A DNA stretch of 64,000 nt from Candidatus Omnitrophus sp. (lineage in GTDB: Bacteria > Omnitrophota > Gorgyraeia > Zapsychrales > Fredricksoniimonadaceae), in assembly GCA_020719005.1 (NCBI GenBank), contig DYQZ01000001.1, positions 5,779 to 69,778 on the forward strand, read 5' to 3'. A model generated the notes under the pieces. It was not told the origin of the DNA, ran no database searches, and saw nothing but the letters and a program-made list of their open reading frames with translations. Position 1 is the stretch's first letter. Each line of letters starts with the position of its first letter. A program made the translations under genes and the position numbers. Of the stretch, positions 8,909 through 20,000 are shown piece after piece.

Positions 8909-9258
8909 TATCGACGGTAATAGCGTGTCACTTTGCATCATTAGCATGGTCGGGTGTATATGAATTAAGCCGTGTGGATTATTTTAATATATACGAAATT
9001 CGACGAGAGAAAAACGACACGGCTTCGCGGCAGGCATTCTCATCCGATGATCTGTGGGCGGTGGAAATGACCGATAGCGCCGGCCGTTCGTTTTTACAGC
9101 GTCCGCCGGAAGTTGTGATGGAACTGTTGAACGATCCCAATACTTTGAATGGATCGAAATATCTCGCATGGAACGAGGCGCGCATCAAACATTTGGAGCA
9201 GGCGGCGGCGTTGTTGGACGAAATATCAAAAGATCCGTCGAGGAGAACACAAAGGTGA
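8869..9258 (+). CDS. Hypothetical small secreted protein
   Basis: 129 aa with an N-terminal signal-like helix MDILAKKRVLSFLISTVIACHFASLAWSG. It overlaps the previous gene by 40 nt. No known motifs recognised. Confidence 0.4.
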   Translation: MDILAKKRVLSFLISTVIACHFASLAWSGVYELSRVDYFNIYEIRREKNDTASRQAFSSDDLWAVEMTDSAGRSFLQRPPEVVMELLNDPNTLNGSKYLAWNEARIKHLEQAAALLDEISKDPSRRTQR

Positions 9259-9262
9259 TGTG

Positions 9263-10480
9263 ATGACGTGGAAAGCAAAAGCATTGTTCATCGGCGCGGT
9301 GTTGTGGATCATCACCACAGGGGATGCGCCCGCTGATATTTTTGAGCGATACAGCGATCCGTCAATGTTGCGACAAGAGGCGTTGCGACTGGATCGCACA
9401 GGTTATGACGCCACACTCGTCGGCGGCTATATCGGCATTCCTGCGGGTGATGTCCTTTCGCCTTCATCCCGCCGGAACTGGTCGGCGAAAAGCGTTTCTG
9501 ATATTGATCCAGAGGAGGTCTTTGACAAAGATCTCCGGCGAATGATCGAACGCGACCGCAAAAGCACGGTGTCGTATTCGTCGGTGTTGTCTAACAACGC
9601 TCTTTTGTTGATGTCTTATGCCAGTCCCGCCATGGCGGATATTTTAAAACATTACAGAGCATCTTTGTTTGCCCGTATGAACATTGAATACGAGCGTTCA
9701 GCACAAAAAGACAATCCTTCGTCGGCGACGCTCGAGCTTTTCTATCGCGCCTCGCTTGATGCGTGCCTTTATCAGGAAAGGACGCGTGGATTTCTCGGCG
9801 GGCTTGAGGTGTGCAGGAAAGAGCCGCCGCTCGGGCACATCAAAGATCCGACCGGGCAATTTGTCACAACACACAGGCCGTGGGCGATCGTGATGGATGC
9901 GCTGACCCGCGTGGGTTTGAACAATCGCGCGGCGCGTCTGGCTGTTGCCATTGCGGGTGATGTGGTCATTGATCCGCAAGGCATCAACGAAACGGCCCAT
10001 ACACGTACATTTTTTACAGAGACCGAAGCCCGCGCTAAAGAGCAGATGACCGATTGGATCAAAATGCTAAGAAATTTTTCCGAAACAAAGCGCGTCAGTG
10101 ATGTTGAACTCGACATGTTAAGTTGGCCTGGTTTTTCTATAACACGAAATGCGCTGAACGATCTTTTGACCCTCAACGAAACAAAACGGGCTTTGTTCAT
10201 TTCCAGGATGGCGCAGTTGTCCGCGAGCGAGGATGTCAAAAACGACCTTCAGGGAGCGTTAAGGGCTTTAGACAGGGGGATGGCTCGTTCTGGAGCGGAT
10301 GATGTCTTTAAGAGCATCCTAAAGGCAAAGAAAGCGGTATTGATAGGGGTATTGGCAGACAAGAAAGACAAGGATGCTGGTTTTAGGGCATCGGAAGAAC
10401 TTTTTGAGGTTTTGTTAGTGGATGCGGATATTGCCAGAAAGCAAATTCTAACAAGCATGGGTGGCGTTAAAACCGAATGA
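9263..10480 (+). CDS. Hypothetical secreted protein
   Basis: Start chosen at ATG 9263 (AAGGTGA at 9251-9257). The ORF-track start 9149 overlaps the previous gene. The N-terminus MTWKAKALFIGAVLWIITTGDAPA is signal-peptide-like. The ~405-aa mostly helical body has no recognised motifs. This is the last gene before the intergenic region. Confidence 0.5.
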   Translation: MTWKAKALFIGAVLWIITTGDAPADIFERYSDPSMLRQEALRLDRTGYDATLVGGYIGIPAGDVLSPSSRRNWSAKSVSDIDPEEVFDKDLRRMIERDRKSTVSYSSVLSNNALLLMSYASPAMADILKHYRASLFARMNIEYERSAQKDNPSSATLELFYRASLDACLYQERTRGFLGGLEVCRKEPPLGHIKDPTGQFVTTHRPWAIVMDALTRVGLNNRAARLAVAIAGDVVIDPQGINETAHTRTFFTETEARAKEQMTDWIKMLRNFSETKRVSDVELDMLSWPGFSITRNALNDLLTLNETKRALFISRMAQLSASEDVKNDLQGALRALDRGMARSGADDVFKSILKAKKAVLIGVLADKKDKDAGFRASEELFEVLLVDADIARKQILTSMGGVKTE

Positions 10481-10974
10481 AACACGAAAGAAGTTTGTTT
10501 TGACGTAACATATTGATGGTATCTAACTTATGGAACATGTAAGAATGTCCAAAGTAACAGAATGGACAATCTTTTCCGACGGGAATGTGGGTTTATTCCA
10601 GGATGCAAGAATGATGAGGGTGTGAGCAATCGAAGGCGCCCCCTCACCCTTCTGGTTCGGGATGACGTGACGGAGGTGTGAGATGACGCGGCACGTCATT
10701 CCGCGGCCGACTTGTGGTGAGCCAGGTCGAACCAAGCCCGAGGAATCGCCGAACGTTGTTACGATCCGTCATATCGAGCCCGCAGGCAAACCGAGACATT
10801 GCTTACGCTATCAATAAATAATTTTTTATACTAATTAATATATAAACAACTAAAATTTATAGTAAAAATAAACAAAAAAGCGGAAATAAAAAATAAATCC
10901 AAAGAAAGTTTTCTCCAAAGCCGTAAGTTGTTATAATTTAAAGGATTACGATAATAAAAAGATTTCTCAAAAAC

Positions 10975-11002
10975 TTGCCACGCCTTGATAATATGCTATA
11001 CT
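10975..11002 (+). promoter_or_regulatory. Sigma70-like promoter for the giant gene: -35 TTGCCA (10975-10980), 16-nt spacer, -10 TATACT (10997-11002)
   Basis: Near-consensus hexamers with 16-bp spacing sit directly downstream of a very AT-rich stretch (10800-10970, UP-element-like). The predicted TSS is about 11009, giving a ~60-nt leader to ATG 11069. Confidence 0.4.
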
Positions 11003-11068
11003 CTTCATGTCGTCCTTGGTGGGACGATAGATATGTTTCATGAATAAACCCGTATCAAATGGGAAAAC

Positions 11069-14000
11069 ATGGACGAAAACCGCAAAGACCTCAACAAGAA
11101 CGACATTAGTCCCCTTTTTGGGGATGAGTCTTTGCGCGCGGTGTCTGAAACAAGTAATATTCCAGCAAAAACCCCCTCCACAACGCCCCTGACCCCGAAA
11201 AATGGGCATGCGGCTTTGGTCAATGAATTCAAAAATATGGTTCCCGACGGTGTTACGTCGAAGGATTCAGCTGAGACCTCAGTGCCTCCGGCAGGCGTTT
11301 TTGATGATGTGGACCCCGCTCTCGTAGGTGTGGGCATGGGTTCAGATGGTTTTGTGTTGGGTGCTGAGGATGCTATTGTCACACCCGAAGGTCCGTATTC
11401 CAGCCGTTTTAGCACGTGGATGCGCGTTGTTGCTTTTGCGATCGTTGCTATTTTTCTACCAGATCAGATCAGCTGGGCGTTTAATTATAATCCTGCCGTT
11501 CTTTACGGGAATCAGGTTTCAACGGTCATGGCCCCCATGCCCGGGATGGATCTTCTAACACCAAAACAACTTTCTTCCATGCAGGTTTCGGCCAGCGTTA
11601 CCGACCTCTTAAAACAAGTTTCTGAAAAGAGCGCGGATAAAGTAAGCATCAAACTTGATGATAATCAAGGACTTATGGGCCTGAATGGAAAAGAGCCCGC
11701 TATCCTTGAGATCAACAACGAAGCCAAAATGACCGCGCCCCAGATCGAACAGGTGCGTGCGTGGTTGAGCGATCCGAAGATCAATGCCCTCAATTGCGGT
11801 GTGTTCGCGCTGAAAGAAATATTGTCTGGTAATGGTATAGATAAAACCGTTACAGAACTTGCTGTTACGACGATCAGCACCGATTTGATGGCTAATATCA
11901 TCAAGCCTGGCGATAAAAAACTTAAAGTTACGCTTTATTCCATGACCGAAGTTGCTAAAGCCCTTGGTCTGAACGTCAAGGCCTTAAAAGTGGCACCGGC
12001 TGAAATGCTCGCCCTTCCCAAGCCGTTCGTGGCGCATCTTTCCGACGAGCACTTTATTACAGTTTTAAAGACAGATGGCAATGATGTTGTAGTGAGCGAT
12101 ATGGGCGAAACGCTCCATATGGCGCGCGACGATCTGGCCGCGAAAGCCAGTGGTTTTGTCCTTTCCCGCGTTGATGCCAACATCCTTCCTTCCTATAAAG
12201 AGGTTTCTTCATCCGCCCAGGCTTTCGTGTGGGGCGACCGTTGGAAGCGTCAAAAGCTTCCGGGGCTTGAATCTGCAGGGTCACAGCTGAGAAAATATGC
12301 GATCGACATGACGATCAAACTCGTCACGGCGATCATCGCTTTCTTTTGTGGTCCGGCGGGTTGGATCTCCTGGATCGTTGCTCAGATCGCCGATGCGCTT
12401 ACTAGGATATGTGTTGTGGCGGGTGCTTGTACGGCAAAACAGGCGTTTATCATTAATACAGCAATAGCTGTGGCGACGATCATCTGTACGCTTGGGGCAA
12501 GTTCTTTAAATACAGCAGGACAACAAACCGCAGCACAAGCTGGCGCACAAGCTTTCAAGGGGGCTCTTACAACCGCGTTAGGAACTGTTGTAGGGACTGT
12601 TGTATATGCGGCAATCGGCCTTGCTATTGGTGTAGGCGCGGCGCATTTATTATGGAAAGTCAATCAAAAGATAGACGCAAAATATGGTTCTAGTTCACCG
12701 ATCGCAATGACGTTGAAGGCGGTTGCGTCCGCGGTTGTGACGGGTGCATGTACAACCGGTCTGTTTAGCTGGGGGAACGCTATTAAAGATGGTCTGAAGA
12801 GCATGGCCAGCGGAGTGGGTACAGAAGCGGCAAAACAAGGCGCACAACAAACGGCTGCGGATTTTGCTGTAGCGATGTTTGTTAAGCTTCCGAAGTCGGT
12901 ATTAGATGGTATTGGTATAACCTCAAGTAGTGATGCCTTTAGGAGATTTTTATATACACAAGGCGGTTCTTTGGCTGTACGCATGGCATTTAAAAATAGC
13001 AAGGATACGGCATTGGTTGATGCGTTGGCCACTCTTGGTGGAGCGGCAGCTGGACTGGCGGGGTCTTATATTGAACATGGAGCTACGACTGGAGACTGGG
13101 CGGGTGTTCCAACGTCTCTTGGAGAAGAAATAGAGCCCGTTGATCCTACAACTGTTAATACGATGGCGGAAGCCACTACATCCGACGCGCCCAGGTCAGC
13201 TGTAGGTCAGTGGATCGACACAAAGATCCATAATACGGGTTGGACAGGGGCGATCGTTAGAACGATGGGCAGAGCAACTCTCGAGGCGAGCGTTTCATTT
13301 ACTATGGGCAGGATGGAAAAGAGCGTTGTTGGCGAAGATGATGGTTCGGCCGCTTATCAACAAAAACTTTTGGGGTATCGTTCGTTGAGTTTTGGTATTG
13401 CTGGAATGATCACAGGGGTTTATATAGGAGTACGTTCGGCGTTGGATTCCAATGGAACCGGCATGGTATCTTCTTTCTTTAAGGGTTTTGGGGGTGGCAT
13501 GGTAACTGGCGCTATGGATAGTCTTACCAAAGCGTATGGTAAGCAGGATTTTGATACGATCATGAGTAATGCTCCTAAGCAGGGCGGGATAGGCGGGGAT
13601 GTCGAATATAACATGGCTTTGGTAAATGCGGCTCAAGGCATGTCTAATAATACAGGTATGACCTATGAATATTTCAGCAGTTGGGATGCGCAATGGAAGA
13701 CGATGAAAGAAGAGAACGCCAAGTCTGACAATCCGGTGAGTCAAAAAGAATTGCGCAAGGAATATCAAAAAGCTTTTGGTCGAGATATTCAAAGCACCCC
13801 CGGCATCACAGGGATGAACGGTATTTTAAAGACAGCTAATATTGATATGCGTGTCAAAGCTGTTGAGAGCGGTGTGAGTTGGGCTATGACCCGCGGGCTT
13901 ACTTCAGGCTCTCTTGAGCATCAGCAAGCCAAACGTGCGGTGGTCAAGCTTGGATTGACCTATCGTGGAAAAGAATTATTTGCTGGATCTGATCGACAGT

Positions 14001-17000
14001 TCGCAGAAAAGAACGGTCGTGCGTTGAGTTATTATGTAGAACAGGCTGAATTATATTCTGAAAAAGCCTCCACGTTATGGGGTGAGGGTGCATATACAGC
14101 TACGGTATTTGCTTCCGGTAAAAGAGAATTCAATAGTAATGTCGACAGTGAATATATGCCCGATCGCGATATCGTGTCAAAGGACGGCACGTATACAGCT
14201 AATTTAAAGACGGGCGAGATCAAATATTCAGATGGGCGCGTAGTGGTCGACGCGGCTACTGTTGGAACAATGCTCAACGAGGGTCAGCTGAAGGATCCTT
14301 TCAAAGTTGATATGAACCAGCCGTGGGCCCAGAACACGACTAAAGTCAACGCACGATATATTGATACAAGCTCGATGGGGATCGCACGCTTTGGAGATCG
14401 GTATGCGCTGAATAATGTGCCGAATGTTATTACTATAATGACGCCAGATGGCCAGAAGAGGGTCGTTAATAATCCTCTGGTTCTTTCCAGCTCTGTTTAT
14501 AATTTTGATGCCAAGCGCGCGGAAATGAGTGGTAATCAAGCGGCTTATATTCAAAATTTTCAGCAGGGTCGTTTAGCACAACAAGCGGCGTTTGAAAAAA
14601 CGTTGCCGCCGGAAATGGTTGCAACAGCGCAAGCGTTAGCAAAGAATGATCTGACCAATCCGCAGGTGCAGGCATTGATGAAGGCCAATGGCGGCGATTT
14701 TAATGGCGCCGTTCAGGCTTTTAAGAAAGAAGTGTTGAGGGTTTCCCCGATGCTTTCTTCTCCGAGCACACCGAAAGCATTCAATCATGATGCCCGTTCC
14801 CAAGAGATCGATAATTATTTGCAGCCCGTCGACTCCACTACACTTTGGAGTGTTTCAAGAAGGAACGAATTCGGAAAAGATAATCAGGCGGGGGTTTCGT
14901 TCGGGGTAATTAAAAATCAGGATGGTTCTTCGACACCATCAATGACACCGTCGATGACTTTATATCAGAAGACGCCTTCCGGAGAGCTTCTTGGTGTGGC
15001 CGCTTTTGTTTCAAGGGCTATGACCGCTGATAACACGAACGGGAAGATCCTTTCTGGTCAGGGTAGTTTAATGGCTTTTAATAGAGAAGGAAGTCTTGCG
15101 TCGCTTCGCCAGATGAACAATGAACAAACACCGTCAGAAGCTGTGCTGTCCGGCGGAATATGGGAAAAGACGGCGTTTGGGAATAATGGCGCCTCGTCGG
15201 CAAATATGCTTGATGCAACGTTCAAACAGATGAAGAGCGAAAACATCGACGCAAATATTGGCACCAAGCATTTGGTTTATGCCGGCATGGGCGATGGGAA
15301 CGAAAAGGCCGCGGCCTCTGTTGCGAACGATTTTATTTCTACTGATATGGGGTCTGGGGAAAGAGCATTAACAACAGTGACGACGCGTGATGTTATAGGC
15401 GCACGAAATATTATTTACTCGACGGATTCACAGGTTATTTCAAATCAAAATATTGAAAAGAACACGGGAAGATTTGTTACTGGGGTCGCGGTTGATAAGA
15501 GGGTTAATTTGCCCATGTTCTTGATGCCTGATAATGGCGTCTCCGGTTTAGGTGTGCGGCAGCTTTTGTTGAATGGTTCTTCGGAAATAGTAGATGAAGG
15601 CACGAGCCGTTTTCTTGGTGATGCTAAATACGCCACAGATGAAAATGGTTTGGCGGAGGCAAAAGGTTTTAGTTTTGATGGAAGATTGAAAGGAATAACA
15701 GTTGATGGCAAGACACAAGGCCGTGTGCTTTATCAATTCTCTGCCGGCGAGTCATCTAAAGATCCGTTTCAAAAGAACGGAAGTCAAGGAGAGATGAGTC
15801 AAGTTCGTGGGGAAAAAGACGCGTATCCTTTCATGCGTGCAGTTAATTTAACTCAGGCTGGGGACAATCTTGTTGTAAAGAATAATGGGAGCAATGGTTT
15901 TCAGATCGAAGGGCCACAGACTTTTCGTTCGACTGCACAGGGCGGCACACATCCGACCATGATGCCTGTTTTGATGAACGACACATACACGTCGACACAT
16001 TTTGCAGCGGCTCTTGTGAATGGAGGAAAGACGGTTACGAAGGATGATAAAGGCAATAATGTATATGAAAACGGAACCATGCTGGATGTTAGCGCGTTTG
16101 AGTCAAAAGATAAGGTTAATGGAAAAGATATTACTAACAAGACGATCGTGAACGGCAGCCTTGTTTATGATGCTCAAAATGGTCAGTGGCTTGCTGAGAA
16201 GGGCAATACAGCGTTGACAGGTAGTGCGGAAAGAACAGTGGACGGAACAAATAAAATAATGGTTTCCAAAGATGCTCCGATCGTGTTGGCAGATCGCAGG
16301 GTTCAATTTACTTTGACTGGTGAGACACAAGAGAATGTTCCAGGGTTCAATAAACAAACACAGCAAGGCTGGGCGCAAGAAGTAAAACAGGGAGAGCTTT
16401 TAAAGCAGGATGAAGCAATTGTGCCGCAAGTCGGCGGCACTGTTGGAATACCTGGTTTTAATGACAATAAAGCACAGATGAAGATGCTGAATGATGTTGA
16501 GAAAGCAAATCAAACAGATGCGAAAATTAGTGGTATTCAAGGGACCAATGGGGAAGCTCTTCCGGCAGTAAATGTTGAAGGTTCTGTTTCTTATCGGTTG
16601 GGCAATGAAAATAGCGCGCTTAATACTGCTTTGTGGGACGGTGGTTCAAAGTTAACACTAAAGGATAGTTCCTTTATTAGAGCTGGAAACAATTTATATT
16701 TTGCAACACCCCAAAAAGGAAAAGAAAAAGAAGTTTCGACTGTTCAGCTCAACTATGACCAAAACGGTAGTATTTATGCTGAACAAAGCGGCGCGCCGAT
16801 CAAACTTGGCCTCTGGTCACACGCATCAAGTTCTGATACACACTTTACAGAATTTACGGTTATGGGTGATCAGTTGGCGCTTACAGGCGCTTTGCCTACG
16901 ACCAAGGGAGATTTGAAATTATTAACTGCAGAGGGTATTAGCGCCCTGGATGCCAATCCAAATTTCTTTAGCGGTAAGACATTAAAAGGTTTGGGTATTG

Positions 17001-20000
17001 ATGGTGAGGCTGTGCATGCCACGGTGGCAACGCATCAAGATGGCACATCTTCTATCTTAGAAGCGCCCCTTGATTATGCGCGTCGTCAAGGAAAAGATAA
17101 TGGAATTGTTCTTGGCACAGATCCCAACATTCAAGTCAGGCAACAAAAACCACAAACTGTTTTTCAAGGCGATAGTTTTGTCAATAAGAATGTCGAGGCA
17201 AAAGTAGAAACCTTGGCTGATTTTGCATTTGCGCGAAACATGGAAGATAAGGATACTTTAGGTGGTTTCATTGAAAATCGTAATCCTTTGACAGTTAAAC
17301 AAAAGGAATTTGTTTTTCAGCCAGCCGGTATTTCAACTAAAGAATCTGAAGTCCCTGTTGAGGTAGTTGCAAAGAAAGAAGATGTTCTTAATAGCAATAT
17401 TATTGTTGTTACGGCTTCTCGTAATCCAGAGGCATCATCTGCAGGCCAACTCACAAGCGCATTAGCTGGAGGAGATTTTATTCTTTCGGCTGAAGGGGAA
17501 GAAGACACCCTTGAGTTTAACGCTTCTCAAAGCGGGCTTTCATTAGGATTGGGTGAAGGAACAAATATCCGCGTTACCAAAAGTGTTCTGAATGCCGGAA
17601 CGTTCCAGTTTGGATCAAGAAATCAAGACGGTACGTTTCAGGATGTTCACACACTCAGCGCTCAAGATAAAGGCGCAACATTATCCACCGATAATCTTAC
17701 TATTAGTGTTGATAAGCAGGGTCTTGCGTTTAAGAATGCTGCTGATGGTGTGTTGTTGGATTCAGTTGTCTCTAAAGCCGGGTCTGTGGAGGCGAATAAA
17801 GGCATTTCGATGGTCTTTAACAATGATGAACAAGGGAAAAAAGTTAAGGGCTGGATCCAGGCTGATATGGCGGGCAACCGAGTATTAAATGATCAGGGCG
17901 CATGGATCATACCGATGGATATGATGGATGGAAGTGTTGATGGAACAGGAAGCGGTCTTATTGTGACCCATGTTAATGGTCAAGGTTTTCGTTATGCTGA
18001 TATTGTTGGCATGAATGCGGTTTATGATAAAGATGTCGAGGCTGATGACCGGACAAATGATGATACCTGGGCCTTTAAATTACAAGGAAAGAATTTTGAG
18101 CCCGCTTCTGCAGAAGGGGCAGCGCAACAAGGGCCGACCGTTGAGCCAAAAGCCAGAAGTCTGCAACAAGCCCAGCTTCATGCGACTGAAGAAGTGGGGC
18201 GTGGGATTGTTGAACAAGATAGTTCTGCCAATGTTGCTAATGATGTGGCAATCGTTAAAGGACATAAAGGGCTTATTAATACGCCCATAGCCCAACGTTT
18301 ATTAAACACAGATAACATTAGTTACAATTTAACGTATGGTGGTGTGAGCAAAGATGGCGAGATCGTCGTTGGCTCTACCGCTGGTTTAGGCAACAGTGCA
18401 TCGATCGAGCATGTGAATACGAAGATCAACAAAAATGACAATAGGACAATCGAAACAAGAGCTGTTTCATTGATTGGGGCTACAAAGTCCGAAGAATCTA
18501 TCGTAGGACAGGCTATGGGGAAAGTTGACGGTATTTGGAAACGGGGCGGAACATATAAAGAAACACCTAGTGATACAACGACTTATTTCTTTGGCGAGAA
18601 TGAGCTTAAAGATGCTAAGGGTAAAGACAAAGCCAAGATCGCAGGTATTCAGCCGTCAGTAAAAGATACAAATCGCTATTTACATCGGGCTGTTGAAATT
18701 AATGGTTTGTTTGTGATGTCAAAAGTGACAGGAGATCAAGGGGCAGATGTTGTTTGGAATGATGAGTTTGAAAAAGTGATCGCAGGCACTTCAAAAGATG
18801 GAAGATTTTATACAACGGTTGATGAAAAAACGAAAGAAAGAAAAGTTTTTGATGTTGAATCAGGGCTTTTGGTAACGCTTCAGATCGGACAAGATGATAA
18901 AAAGACTATAACAAAGAAACAAGAAATAATAAATCCAATAACGAAGAAGCTTGAAAAGGTTGACGTAGTTGAAACGATCGAGTTTGAGAATAAACACGAA
19001 GTATTACGTACAGGGACGTATGGTTTAGTAAATTATGACACATATGAAACAAAAAAGAGCGCGACCCCTGAAGTTAGCAAAGTGATTGTTTGGGACGGTG
19101 TTGAATATAATATGATCACATATCTTGCTGGAGACCGGCAGATTGTGAAGCTTGTGAATACTAAGATGGAATATGATGTTTTTGATTCGTTAGCAAGAAC
19201 AGATGTTGGTGCTTCTATTGCTGGATATTTTGTTCCTAATGCAAATATGCAAGATGTGCAACGCGTTGCAACAAGTAATCAAAAAGCAAAACAGGAGCAA
19301 AATGTTTTTGTTTTTGAAGTAAATAAAGAAGGTACGTGGGCGCCGTTAAAGATAGACCTTGGTGGCGAATATAGCGCCCCATTATCCAAAGATACGCAAC
19401 TTTGGATCGATCAGAAAACGGGCGTGGTTTCGTTTGGCCCAGTAAAGAATGCTGATGGCAATGTAGGTAAAAATGATTATTTGGTGGTATCTCATCATGA
19501 CGTGGTTACAAAGAAGTATTCTGGCTGGTCGAAGTGGATGGCTAGAAGAAATGTGGGTGGGTTTCTTGATGGTTCGGATTTTTCAACCACATTGAGCACA
19601 TCATTGGCCGCAAAAGGTCATACGGCTTGGTCAGAAGTGTTGGCTCCGAGTAATACGAGTGGGCTTAATGGAGTGGCCACGGTTGCGACTATTCCTCTTA
19701 TTGCTGCAGGCACAGCATTAAGAGTGGCTCAGGCTGGCGGTATTGTGTTGAAGACAAGCCAGACTATTGGAGCTGCGAGTAAGATTTTGAATGTTGCGAA
19801 AGCTACAGGGGATGCGTTCTGGATTGGGAATGCTGTTGTAACGAGCACGGGAATTCTTCGCGGACAGTCTTTCAGTGATGCGACAGCGACTGGTTTTTCT
19901 TCTGGTTTGTCTGCTGCGAAATTGAATTTAGGCATTACGGCTCTTGGGTCTGTGGCTAATGGGCTAAATTCGGCATTGTTAGCTAGTAAGACCGTGAAAA

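Noticed and set aside
10523-10735. 70-aa minus-strand ORF and a 26-aa + strand ORF (about 10545-10625) in the intergenic region
   Set aside because: No SD, no motifs and odd composition. The region is more plausibly regulatory or structured RNA. A tRNA was also considered, but no cloverleaf or GTTCGA-type T-loop is present.
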